A DNA stretch of 63,910 nt, filler included, from Octopus bimaculoides (GCF_001194135.2; 5 parts of 4 records of this genome joined end to end with filler, not necessarily neighbours in it); one strand, 5' to 3'. Counted from the first letter of the whole stretch, positions 1-11,060 are shown. Numbers and translations are program-made. Notes: generated by a model not told the origin, from the letters alone.

Positions 1-390
1 TCTGTAATTATTTGTATCTAAAGCGTCACCTTTACCTTTGTAGCAGTTGACTATGATGCTGCTACACCAGTCATTGGGTATGACTCCTTCGTGTATCACC
101 TGGTTCGTAATACGGGTGACTAGGCTATAGCCAACACTGCCAGATATTTTGAGTATTTCTGCAGTGATTCCTGATGGGCCGGGGGCTTTCCCGGTCTTCA
201 TACTCTTAATTGCTTTATCTACCCTGGTACTATCAACTCGGATAGCTGGTCCCTCTATTGGGTCGACATACGGCAGGCTCTCTTTCTCCCATTCATTCTC
301 TTTATTAAGCAATCTATCGTAGTGGCATCTCCAGACCTCTTTCTTTGCATCCTCATTTAATGCAAGCGTACCATCATCCATGCGAACACA
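1..390 (-). mobile_element. RTE-clade LINE ORF2 fragment (linker and start of RT), runs off window edge
   Basis: Manual minus-strand translation is open for about 130 aa: CVRMDDGTLALNEDAKKEVWRCHYDRLLNKENEW...KAIKSMKTGKAPGPSGITAEILK...VIPNDWCSSIIVNCYKGKGDALDTNNYR. These are the KAPGPxG, W-x4-I and KGKGD..NYR motifs of RTE ORF2. Confidence 0.9.
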
Positions 391-1271
391 GTATATATGC
401 ATATATATATATTATTTATATTATTATATATATGTATGTATATAAATATGTGTATATATAGATATATATGTATTTGTGTACATTTGTGTGTGTGTGTTCG
501 AATGTATAACGGGTGGAAAACATACTCCCTATTGCTCCCTCCACCCCCACCCCTGGAACAAGATAACGGAGTCGGTGCATTTCTACAAAAGTAAAACTCA
601 GACATGCACTCGCAAGTATGTTTCTTCAGCTCCCTAAAACAAAACATAAGACAATATGGAGACCAAGACCCCTGGGTGGGCAATCTCCAGTTACATGAGC
701 GACCACCAGCATGATAAGTTCCAAAAGTACCTCAGAAAATTATTTAAGGAATTTAACCTAAAAAAAAAACCAAAAGATAAATCTACCAATGAACTTAGGT
801 ACGCGTCAACTCCCCACTATGTGCTACTTGTAAGTAATATTATAAGAGAAAATGGAATGCAAACCAGCCAGCTATGCTTTTTTTTGTGTGTTAAATTCTA
901 TTTTTATATCACAATATGTTAACAATAGTACTGTAGGGGCAGAGGCAGGTTTACTGGGTGTTTGGTGGTGAGAGCAATGAAAAAAGTGTTTGTAATTTGG
1001 TGTCAAGGACTTTAGCCTCGTAGAAGACTCAGTCCCAATAGACCACTGGTTTTTCACTGATGCTTGCATTCTTCGGTGATATAAATCAGTAAAAAGATAT
1101 ACATATATATACAACACATACACATGTATATCTTATTTTCTATCAGTATACACACATATACTTATGCATATATATATATATATATATATACACATGTAAC
1201 TTCAGATCACTGGAATATAATGTAATAAAGTGTTCTACACACACACACACACATATGTATATATATATATA

Positions 1272-1499
1272 TCATCATCATCGTTTAATGTCCGCTTTCC
1301 ATGCTAGCATGGGTTGGACGATTTGACTGAGGACTGGTGAACCAGATGGCTACACCAGGCTCCAATCTGATTTGGCAGAGTTTCTACAGCTGGATGCCCT
1401 TCCTAACGTCAACGACTCCAAGAGTGTAGTGGGTGATTTTACGTGCCACCTGCACAGGAGCCAGTTGAGCGGGACTACTGGCAATGAACTCGCTCGAAT
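1272..1499 (-). mobile_element. RTE-derived 3' end with (GAT)n tail
   Basis: Near-identical to 9212-9371 (+) and 13858-14079 (-). The sense strand ends CCAACCCATGCTAGCATGGAAAGCGGACATTAAACGATGATGAT. The same 3' end is joined to RTE ORF2 C-terminal codons at 52576-52937. Confidence 0.8.
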
Positions 1500-1875
1500 N
1501 NNNNNNNNNNNNNNNNNNNNNNNNNNNNNNNNNNNNNNNNNNNNNNNNNNNNNNNNNNNNNNNNNNNNNNNNNNNNNNNNNNNNNNNNNNNNNNNNNNNN
1601 NNNNNNNNNTATATATATAATATAATATAGGATAAAATCTTTATAAGAATTTATCAAGTAGTCAGCGTGAAAAAAACCTCATAATGAAAAAAAATTCATC
1701 ATTTTTTTCCATAAATATATATAATTTATATAAAGGGCATTAACTATGTAGTAATGCCTCATGCTTAGAGGGACTAAATAAGTCAAAAACTACCAAAAAA
1801 TAAGCAACATATTTACCGAAAGCGAGGAAATGCAGCTTTCAAAAATTAATCTCTTAGAAACATTTAACTTAATGG

Positions 1876-1906
<31 letters not shown>

Positions 1907-1917
1907 TCACTGATATA

Positions 1918-2340
1918 CGAGGTGGTATCAAAAGGTTCCTGGACTATTTCTGCAGCAAGCCAACAGGTGGCAGCACATGGTTGAGTGCACAGTGAGAGTT
2001 AGCAGTGACTTTCATGAGACAGTGTGCCAAGTGACATGAGTGTGTTTACTTTACAAGTAGAGAAATTTGTTTTTGTGATCACGTGTATGCAGTTGTCTGT
2101 GATTTTCTCGTGGACATTAGGTTGGAACAAAGAGCCAACGTGAAATTCTGTGTTAAACTTGGGAAGTCTTCTACAGGAGACACTGAGCATACTTCGGCAA
2201 GCTTACGGTGATGAGGCAATGGGCCATACGCAATGTTTTGAGTGGCATGGGCACTGGAAGAACATCCCTGGAAGATGAGTGATCTGGAACACCTGCCATG
2301 AGTCTCACCTCCAGAAATATGGTATTGTGCATGAAAAAGA
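1918..2340 (+). mobile_element. Mariner transposon 5' fragment, internally deleted
   Basis: TA followed by TIR CGAGGTGGTATCAAAAGGTTCC. Degenerate N-terminus LEQRANVKFCVKLGKS...LRQAYGDEAMG..QCFEW..RTSLEDE. A second copy is at 19549. Confidence 0.85.
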
Positions 2341-2489
2341 AAATGGGGAACTCTCTAATGTAAATCACTAGAACATGCAGTATAGAAACCAAATTCACTG
2401 CCACAGGACCACATTATGCCACAAAAAAAAAGGTAATAGGTATATATGCATATTACAAGGAACATTGCCCCCAAGGATGTTTTCAATCA

Positions 2490-2835
2490 AATGTGCCAGT
2501 TCTTACCCTATCCTGATAATTAAAAATACCCCCTTCAGTCATGAATGACCATGGAATCAGACCTACAAATTCCCCTCTGAGGCACAAGACCAGCAGTCGC
2601 CCATGCATACCAGTCTCCCCTCTCCACGCCACCGATGTTATCCAAGGGAAAGGCAAAGGGGCCAATACAGCCTGGCACCTGTGACGTCGCAACTCATTTC
2701 TACAGCTGAGTGAACTGGAGCAACGTGAAACAAAGTGCCTTGCTCAAGAACACAACACACAGCTCGGTCCAGGAATCAAACTCGCTACCTCATGATTGTG
2801 AGCCCAACGCTCTAACCACTGAGCCATGTGCCTTC
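2490..2835 (-). mobile_element. tRNA-derived SINE with CORE-like centre (family C, tail type 1)
   Basis: Minus-strand head with A-box TGGCTCAGTGG and B-box-like GAGTTTGATTCC, followed by GTTGTGTTCTTGAGCAAGGCACTTT..CACGTTGCTCCAGTTCACTCAGCTG, which is shared with 15135-15535. Confidence 0.75.
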
Positions 2836-2977
2836 CTGATAATTAAAATATCAATTTATAGTAAGTGGAAAGGTACAACCAATTCTTCAATCAGTTGCTT
2901 AACAATCCTAGCTGGCAGTGATTCTGGAATAATCTATTTATTATCTAAAGACAGTTTGCTTTAGTTTCTTTATGCTT

Positions 2978-3256
2978 TAACATGTTAACCCCATGGTCTG
3001 GTAATGGATCTTAACAGTGACGCTATGTATTTCCGGTCACACTGCATACCATTTTATTACAAAGAGATGTAATTTTCTGTGTTTTTACAATATTGCGTAA
3101 TTAGACTTTGATGTTATTTGAATATCCTTGAAACCATGTCAAAGATACAAAAAAATATTTTCTCAAATTATGAAAATGCACTACTGGTGGTGCATATGGC
3201 GGATGTGTGAAGTTTGCGATGAATCACCAGTGGTACATGTGGCAATTAACATGTTA
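2978..3256. mobile_element. Possible TTAA-flanked MITE
   Basis: Both ends carry TTAACATGTTAA, with partial sub-terminal complementarity. Confidence 0.4.
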
Positions 3257-3354
3257 AATAAGCAAAAACAATGAACCAGCAACCAAGCTTCTATGAGGTC
3301 ACTCAAAATGCTAGAAATAGCAATCAAATTTTCTTAAAATCACATCTCTCTTTA

Positions 3355-3556
3355 CTATCTTTTACTTGTTTCAGTCATTTGACTGCGGCTATGCTGGAGC
3401 ACCGCCTTTAGTCGAGCAAATCGACCCCAGGACTTATTCTTTGGATGCCTAGTACTTATTCTATCGGTCTCTTTTGCCGAACCGCTAAGTTACGGGGACA
3501 TAAACACACCAGCATCGGTTGTCAAGTGATGTTGAGGGACAAACACAGACACACAA

Positions 3557-3597
<41 letters not shown>

Positions 3598-3730
3598 ACG
3601 GACTTCTTTCAGTTTCCGTCTACCAAATCCACTCACAAGGCTTTGGTCGGCCCAAGGCTATAGAAGGCACTTGCCCAAGGTGCCACGCAGTGGGACTGAA
3701 CCCAGAACCATGTGGTTGGTAAGCAAGCTA
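3355..3730 (-). mobile_element. tRNA-derived SINE family A with internal microsatellite
   Basis: Reverse complement of the 21003-21420 copy, with internal (AT)n at about 3571-3590. Confidence 0.9.
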
Positions 3731-4443
3731 GAATATGACATACAAGATAATGTAGTCTTAAGTTCTTTGCAAAGAAACAAAAACAAAAAAAAAGGAATAG
3801 GGGATCATCAGAACTGAAATGTCTTTGATCGAAGGTGGTCTGGCTGTGCAATTGGGGATGACCTAGGGCTAAACAATAGCAACAAGAAACTAAAACATTA
3901 AATCATGATGAATGTCTAGCAACATAATTCTTTTCAGTTTTTTTTTGTGTAAAGAATTTCTCAAAACAGCAAGCGCCAAAACAATAAAAAGAAAATACCA
4001 AAACCACCACTAATACTACCACCACCACCACCACCACCATTACTACCATCGCCACCACTACAACTAATAACAATAATAATTTGTTTTGTGGAACTTTTGA
4101 AGACGCTAGCATGAAAATGGGTAAAAAGACAATATTTCATGACAACAATAGCACCATTGTCTTTTTCTGTTCCTCATTATTATCCCCCCCACCACTACCA
4201 CCAGCACCACCACTACCACCACCATCATCATAACCACTACAACTACCATCACTAGCATTGCTCAGTCTTTTGGGTTTTTTTTTTTTTACCTTTTATTTCA
4301 GTTGCTTTTATAATTTTGACAATTCAATTTTGTTTTTCGTCTTTCTTTTTTTTTTGTTCTTTTTAAAAATTTTAATTTTGTTAAAAGTTACACAGAAACA
4401 AACTTGCTCGTATTTTTTTTTTTTTTTTTTTTTTGTTCTTCAG

Positions 4444-4475
4444 TCATTCCCTCACTAACCATTATCAGTGAACGA
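4444..4475 (+). other. Candidate 32-nt internal exon
   Basis: Long poly-T tract and TTCAG acceptor (4441-4443), GTGAGT donor at 4476. Reads xIPSLTIISER. No homology recognised. Confidence 0.3.
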
Positions 4476-4705
4476 GTGAGTTTCAATACTTCCCAGCATG
4501 CATACAAACGAAATGTCCCAGAATGCACAGCGACCAAAGATGACAAACTAGGCAAAAGTTTCGATTCAAAATACATTTCAGCCACCCTCACCACCACTAC
4601 CATCATTCCTACTTACCATTCCAATTCTTTTATGGTTTCTTTCAAGATTACTCTTTTCTTTTTGCTGTTGCTGTTATTTTGGCGTTGTACTTTGGAGCCC
4701 AACAG

Positions 4706-4849
4706 GACATTTCTTCAACTTTTGTCATGAATCAGCCTTGGGAAAGTTCTAACATCGACAGACGCAACATTGAGACACATCAAAAGGATGATGGCTTTGA
4801 TTTTTTAAATTATTTCATCAAGTTCAATCAATGTTTTACAGACTTTTAA
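4706..4849 (+). other. Candidate terminal exon
   Basis: Polypyrimidine tract and CAACAG acceptor. Phase-0 reading DISSTFVMNQPWESSNIDRRNIETHQKDDGFDFLNYFIKFNQCFTDF* is in frame with 4444-4475. An AATAAA lies near 4925. Confidence 0.22.
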
Positions 4850-5057
4850 GTAATGTGAAGAATGATTAGAACTATTCAACAAATATTTAATGTTTTAATA
4901 AGGTCAATGAGTTGGGATAATAATAAAAATAATAATGAGTTCTTTTATTGGCCACAAGGGCCCGGGGTTAACATCAATGAAATCAACTTATACCCCCACC
5001 CCAAAAAAAATGCTGGCCTTGTGCCAAAAATTGAAACCAATATTATATACAGTACTA

Positions 5058-5145
5058 AGGCGTCGTGCTGGCAGAATTGTAAGCACACTGCTCAAAATGC
5101 TTAGCGGCATTTCGTTTGCCTTTACGCTCTGAGTTCAAATACTAC
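5058..5145 (+). mobile_element. SINE family B head fragment (a family B tail lies just upstream, about 4950-5045)
   Basis: GGCGTCGTGCTGGCAGAAT...CTGAGTTCAAAT matches the heads at 13425, 37545 and 61080-61310. Confidence 0.65.
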
Positions 5146-5204
5146 CACATTAAAGTATATAACAGGGGATATATAATAGAAAGTAGAGAAATAAATAATA
5201 TATA

Positions 5205-5690
5205 TATAATTAGTATCACTAATATTGGGGCAGTCCACTTAAGGTAATCCAGGGTAAACCCCCACACAAGAATCCCAGATTACTCTGCCGTCCCCAAGAC
5301 ATGGGAAAGTGCCCTCCTCCAGTTTCTTTCCTCCTGTTTAGAAAAGCATACTCAGAGTAGATCCATTCAGTCTCACCAATCTTGCGACTGTTGACCACCT
5401 TTAGATAAACACACTAGAAAGCAGCACCTCCGTCTCAACCCTCACCTTCCTCTTCAAATGATATTTGAAGAAATCGATGAGGGCTTTACCAGAGAGGAAT
5501 GTGCCAGTCTTCAAACCTTTCAGATGGGTCCACCACACAGCCTCCTTTGCCACAGCCACTAAGCAGAGGAAGATCTGTCTTCCTTCTCTGCTAAAGAGAA
5601 CCTGTGAGACCCTTGACAACATGCTACTTTCCGCTCTCACAAAATCTTACCTGCTCCGCTTAACCAGAGCAATTAAAATCAAGAGCTCTG
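5205..5690 (-). mobile_element. L1/Tx1-clade LINE ORF2 C-terminus and 3' UTR
   Basis: FSREGRQIFLCLVAVAKEAVWWTHLKGLKTGTFLSGKALIDFFKYHLKRKVRVETEVLLSSVF*RWSTVARL resembles the C-terminal helix region of Tx1-type ORF2 after the zf-RVT domain. Confidence 0.65.
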
Positions 5691-6115
5691 AGGAGTAAAA
5701 TTTAATAATAACAATAATTAATTTCACAATTTCTTATGATAGCAGAGTTGATAGTTAGCATGCATTAGTGTAGTAATACAGAGAATGATGATAACACAAT
5801 AATAGCTGCCATTGTCATTTTTACATCCTATGCTGACTTGGAAAGGCCATGACCTTTTGAAGCTGTATTCTTCAGTTGAATGCTGGTGCTTTTCCTGTCA
5901 CCAACCCTTACTTGTTTTTCTAGTGAACTGTTTTTTATTCTGTAGATCATCATGCATTGAAACCATCATGTGTTGTTTCAGTGATGTAATAAAACATCAT
6001 TGCTACATGATGTATTGTTTAGAGAAAATGTAGACCAGAGGGACTCAACCATCTTTCAGCTATGGAACCCTTTCATTACTATTTTACTCTAAAGACCCTC
6101 ATAGACATTTTATGT

Positions 6116-6300
6116 TTAACCCTTCAGTGTTTAATCTGGTCATATCCAGCCCAAATATATTACCTGTTTCATGTTAAAACTAACCAAATTCAACCACTCA
6201 CACCTAACTTGCATTATTCTAAAAATATACATAAACATTATCTTGAAGCTACAAGATAATACATGATTAATTTAAAGCAATTTGAATAAATATGCATTGC
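6116..6300 (+). mobile_element. TTAA-CCCT-terminated MITE family P (partial)
   Basis: Starts TTAACCCTTCAGTGTTTAA. The body aligns by eye with 42000-42223 and 51200-51425. Confidence 0.6.
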
Positions 6301-6314
6301 ATTTCCATCAACTG

Positions 6315-6404
6315 AATTCCTTCACAAGGCACTGCCATGCAGTGGGACTGAACCTGTAACTGCATGGTTGCAAAGCAAACTTCTTAACACACAGCCATGC
6401 CTGT

Positions 6405-6405
<1 letters not shown>
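6315..6405 (-). mobile_element. SINE family A head fragment
   Basis: GCAGTGGGACTGAACC...GCAAACTTCTTAACACACAGCCATGCCTG is the reverse complement of the family A head. Confidence 0.65.
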
Positions 6406-6446
<41 letters not shown>

Positions 6447-6540
6447 ATATATATTTTAGTTTGTTGTTGTAACATTTAGAATGATTGCCTTATATTTGAA
6501 TCCTTACAAAACATCTCATATTTCAAGACAGATCACTTCA

Positions 6541-6960
6541 GTGATGGTGGTGACAGTGGTAGTAGTAGTAGTAGTGGTGGTGGTGGTATCAGTGGTCATG
6601 GTGGTTGTGATATGGTAGTAGTAGTAATAGAGGTTGTGGTAGTAGTAATAGCAGTGGTGGTGGTGGTAGTATTGTAATGGTGGTGGTGGTAGTAGTAATA
6701 GTGGTTGTGATGGAGATAGTAGGGTGGTTGTAATANNNNNNNNNNTGTGATGGAGATAGTAGGGTGGTTGTAATAGTGGTGGTGGGTGGGTAACAGTAGT
6801 GGTGATAGTGGCAGTAATAGCAGTGGTGGTGGTAGTAGTAAGTGATGGTTGTAGTAGTAGTAGTGGTGGTGGTGGTGATGGTAGTAGTAACAGTGTTAAC
6901 AGTAGTAGTGGTGATGGTAGTAGTAGTAGTAACAGTAGTAGGGGTGGTGGTAGTAGTACT
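6541..6960. repeat. Degenerate (GGT/AGT)n trinucleotide low-complexity tract
   Basis: Visible triplet runs that produce the poly-Val pseudo-ORF. Confidence 0.95.
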
Positions 6961-7294
6961 AGTTTACATAAAACATGATGACATAAGTATCTGGATTTTT
7001 AAAAATTTATTTATTTATTTTCATTATAAATAAAAAGTGATAACATTTGTAGGGCCGTCCTCGTGTACATGGTATATTTCAAAATAAACATGTACGCAAT
7101 CTTATTTCTTTATTTATCTACTTCCATTTCTGAATTAAGCACATCTGCGCAGTCCATTTGCCAGACAGTTATTGAATTAAATATAAAACACACACACAAA
7201 ACAAGGAATAAAAAACATGCCTATATGTGATAATCTTTAATTTAAGAACTACAATGGCAGGTTGCGTGATTTTGTCACCCTGCCCCTTTCTTTT

Positions 7295-7850
7295 AACCTT
7301 TGACCATTTTGTGATTGTATTTCTGTTAAAATATGACGCTAATGTTTCAATTAATTCTGAAAAATAATGAAGAATTTAGTAAAATTACTTCTGTTATTAT
7401 TACTAACCACTTTTGTTATCATACTTCATTTGAAATAAACTGCCTTCGATTCAATTAATTTTTGAAAATAAAGAATTTAGGAAAATATCTTTGTTGCTAT
7501 TTAACACTTTTGTTGCCATATTTATGTTGAAATACACTGCTACTGTTCAATCAATTTTGGGAATAATAAGGAATTTAGTAAAATAATTTAGTCATTAAGC
7601 TGGTGGGGAACAAAAGAACATGAAATTTTGAAGGAAGGTTTTAATTCAGATCACCTTAATCCTTTTGTTGTTGTATTTCTGTTGAATTACACTGCAAATG
7701 TTTCAATTAGTTTTGAAAATAACGAGGAATCTAGTATAATAATTCTGTCATTATTCCAAACAAATTGATATGAAATTTTAATGTAAAAAAGTCTTAATTC
7801 AAATCACTTTAACCCATTTGTCATATTTCTGTTGAAATATATCGTCTTTG
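7295..7850 (+). repeat. Tandem array of about 4-5 degenerate units of an interspersed AT-rich repeat (family Q)
   Basis: Recurring unit (TT)AACC(C)TTTTGTT..CATATTTCTGTTGAAAT...TTCAATTAATTTTGAAAATAA.GAAGAATTTAGTAAAAT. Related copies lie at about 8850-8935 (+) and 13120-13350 (-). Confidence 0.75.
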
Positions 7851-7859
7851 TTTTGATCC

Positions 7860-8460
7860 TAGGTTCAGTCCCAGCAAGTGACACCTTGTGTAAGTGTCTT
7901 CTACTATAGCCTCAGGCCAACCAAAGCCTTGTGAGTGGGTTTGGTAGCCGTAGAAGAAGCACCACTAAATCCACAAGTATTTTTATTCTCTCTCTGTTTA
8001 TTTCTTCGTGTTCCTTTCTGTTGAAGAGCATAGGCTCAAAACGTAAAAGACTTTCTCACCTTCCCGAGTGTCAACTAATACACCTGCTTGTTGTTTATAC
8101 ACCTGTCTTCGTCTTTTGTTTTTCTGTAAATTTCAATTATATATATATATATATATATATATANNNNNNNNNNNNNNNNNNNNNNNNNNNNNNNNNNNNN
8201 NNNNNNNNNATATATATGTATATATATGTATATATTTGTGTGTTTATGTGTGTCTGTTTGTCCCCCTACCATCGCTTGACAACCAAAGCTGGTCTGTTTA
8301 TGTCCCTGTAATTTAGTAGTTCGGCAAAAGAGACCGATAGAATGAGTACTAGGCTTAAAATGAATAAGTTCTGGGGGTTGATTTCTTCGACTAACACCCT
8401 TTAAGGTGGTGCCCCAGTATGGCCACAGTTGGATAACTGAAACAAGCAAAAGAATAATAT
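7860..8460 (+). mobile_element. SINE family A copy interrupted by a PLE-type 3'-end fragment
   Basis: Head at 7860-7955, foreign segment at about 7960-8140, then (AT)n and a gap, then the SINE 3' half at 8215-8460. Confidence 0.75.
7960..8140 (+). mobile_element. PLE-type terminal fragment with a hammerhead-like fold (8014-8049)
   Basis: Homologous to 54965-55110 (-). Fold: CTTT-CTGTTGA-A-GAGC/ATAG/GCTC-AAAA-CGTA-AAAG. Confidence 0.55.
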
Positions 8461-9139
8461 TTTTCGTAACAGTTCTTTTACAAGGAAATGAAGAAATAGA
8501 AAAGAAAAGTGGGGTGGGGTTAAGCAGCAGAAGATGGACGGGCAGGGAACAAAGGGCTGCACACCCTACAATAAATGGCTTGTTCAACCACGCCATATGG
8601 TTACGACCATTATGGTGTTGCCACTGAGAATGACACTCACTGCCGTAGCCATTCCACCTCATGAGGCATGTTTCTCAGATGGGCAGCCATTACACAGATT
8701 TTGCAGAGGAAAACAGTAGTGCAGTGTGAGGACACCCAAATTCTCAATGGCAACCAGCACAAAGTGGAATATTGGCTGGTCAGGCTCCTGTATTTATTTA
8801 TTTATCTTTCTCTCCTCTGCATTTTGGGTGGCAATACCCTGGTTTGCAGAACAACAAATTTAATGAAACAAATTTGCAACTATTAAACTGGTGTTTAGGA
8901 CATAAATTAGCATGAAATTTTGCTGGATGATATAAATATTTATTAACTTCAACTTATGTTGAAAGTCCACAAAGTTTGCTTGAGAAGCGTTGAGATGTAT
9001 TGAAAGATACAGATAAATAATTTTATTCTCAAACACAGGATAATGCTAATGATATAACATGAAGTTTAGTTTATCCTGTTCATGCTATATCATTAGCATA
9101 ATCCTGCATTTCAGAATAAAATTATTTCTTTATCTGTAT

Positions 9140-9211
<72 letters not shown>

Positions 9212-9215
<4 letters not shown>

Positions 9216-9371
9216 TCTCTGAGTGGTTGGCATTAGAAAGGGCATCCAGCTGTAGAAACTCTGCCAAATCAGATTGGAGCCTGGTGTAGCCTTCGGGCTC
9301 CACCAGTCCTCAGTCAAATCGTCCAACCCATGCTAGCATGGAAAGCGGACATTAAACGATGATGATGATGA
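9212..9371 (+). mobile_element. RTE-derived 3' end with (GAT)n tail
   Basis: Ends CCATGCTAGCATGGAAAGCGGACATTAAACGATGATGATGATGAT. Confidence 0.8.
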
Positions 9372-9525
9372 TACATGATGGGCTTCCACACAGTTTCTGT
9401 CTTCCAAATTCATTCAGAAGGCTTTGGTCAGATTGAAGCCATAGTAGAAGGCTCTTGTCCAAGATGCTATGCAGTGAGATTGAACTTGAAACCATGTGGT
9501 TGCAAAGAAAGTTTCTTAACCACAG
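9372..9525 (-). mobile_element. SINE family A 5' half, degenerate
   Basis: GGCTTTGGTC...GTAGAAGGCTCTTGTCCAAG...TTGAACTTGAAACCATGTGGTTGC. Confidence 0.6.
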
Positions 9526-9530
9526 AGAGA

Positions 9531-9870
9531 GAGAGAAAGCGAGGAAGATGAAATAAGAGAAGGCATGAGAAGAAAGAGCAGAATGGAAGAAGAGAGAAAG
9601 AGGAGAAAGATTGGGAAATAAAGAGAGAGAGAGAAAATGGGGAGAGAAAGAAAGATAAGAAACAGTGAGGAAGAAAAAGAGAGAGAGAGATAAAGATAAA
9701 TAATGAAGAAGTAGAAAGAAAGAGAGAAGGAATGAAAGTGAAAGAAAGGAATAGAATTGAATGGTAGAACGGGGGAGGGTGAAAGACAGGTAAATAATGG
9801 TAGGGAAGGAGAAAGATAAACAGAAGGGGAGCTGGTAAGAGGGAGAAAGAGAGGAAGGAAGAAAGGGAGA
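9531..9870. repeat. Purine-rich (GA) low-complexity tract
   Basis: Almost exclusively A/G on the plus strand. Confidence 0.9.
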
Positions 9871-10020
9871 AAACAAGGCTTATCAAATGAAATTGCTGGT
9901 AGAAGTCAGTTGATAGAGTTTGGAGGTTTGTTATTACGTTCATCATGTCATCACAGTAAACTTGTACTACAGAGCATATATGTGTATACACATACACACA
10001 CACACACACAGACACATACA

Positions 10021-10055
<35 letters not shown>

Positions 10056-10113
10056 ATGTATGTAACATTCATAAGTGGTTGTTTGTCATCCGATCTTCCC
10101 CCGCCCCTCTTAG

Positions 10114-10132
10114 CTGATTCTTTTACTGCATG
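10114..10132 (+). other. Candidate 19-nt microexon
   Basis: Pyrimidine tract CTTCCCCCGCCCCTCTTAG, then CTGATTCTTTTACTGCATG, then a perfect GTAAGT donor at 10133. Confidence 0.35.
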
Positions 10133-10378
10133 GTAAGTGCGCATTAATTTTACCTCCCCTTTATACAATATGAGAGTGTATGTATGTAGATATATATATA
10201 TATATATATACATGTGTATGTCTACATATATACATATGCATATACAGATATGCACAAACATGCACGAACACAGATACACATATATGCACATGCATATATG
10301 TCAATGTCACATACATACATATGATCCATTAATCCTTCTCGCCAACTTGCTAATTGCTCTTTTGACTTTTTCACTTAG

Positions 10379-10396
10379 CACAGCCAGTGGATTCCA
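10379..10396 (+). other. Candidate 18-nt microexon
   Basis: Branch-point-like CTAAT near 10350, polypyrimidine tract and TTAG acceptor, then CACAGCCAGTGGATTCCA, then a GTAAAT donor. Confidence 0.3.
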
Positions 10397-10465
10397 GTAA
10401 ATACATACTGCACACATTCTCATAAACAGAGAGAGACACCTATGCCAATGTTGATCTTCTTCACC

Positions 10466-10523
<58 letters not shown>

Positions 10524-10849
10524 TTTCCAGTCCGACCGAATTATCAACCAACCACAGCAGTCCCAGGTTTAAAGCATTTGACATCGGAGATGGGAATGGT
10601 TCCTGTCAGTTTACAAGATATACTGCCACAATACTTCAGTTTCTGGTGTAGCATTACCATTCTTGCAGCAAACAAGGACATTTTCTCATCCCTTTCCCTT
10701 GGACTTTATTCTTCACAGTTTATTGACCTAAAACTTATCAGCGCAATAACCTATTTTGAAGCCCTGTGTTATAATTTTCTTCATAATGTATAAGATTCAA
10801 AATTTATAACATAATATTTTGTGCAATACTATTATTATTTCCCCTCCTG

Positions 10850-11060
10850 CACATCATTTAATGCTTACTTTTCCATGCTTGCATCGGTCAGATGGAATTT
10901 GCTGAGGCAGATTTTCTACAGCTGGATGCTATTCCTGTCACCAACCCTCATCTGTATCCAAGCAAGGTATTGTTTCCCCATATTTTTCATGCAAGACTGG
11001 AAATGAACGACATCACTTGTATAGCAGTGACACCCACTCACAACCATCATGGCAAGACAT
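10850..11060 (-). mobile_element. Degenerate (GAT)-tailed retroelement 3' end, second variant
   Basis: Shares TTTCTACAGCTGGATGC..TTCCT motif and tail with the RTE 3' ends. A related copy in the opposite orientation is at about 21690-21870. Confidence 0.5.

Noticed and set aside
500-870. Possible retroelement protein remnant (YLRKLFKEFNLKKKPKDK..PHYV)
   Set aside because: There is no diagnostic motif, so it cannot be assigned.
9467-10291. Long track ORFs such as 9467-10291, 16230-16970, 61859-62623 (3' part) and all X-rich ORFs
   Set aside because: They are translations of (AT)n, (CT)n, (GT)n tracts or N-gaps, which lack stop codons.
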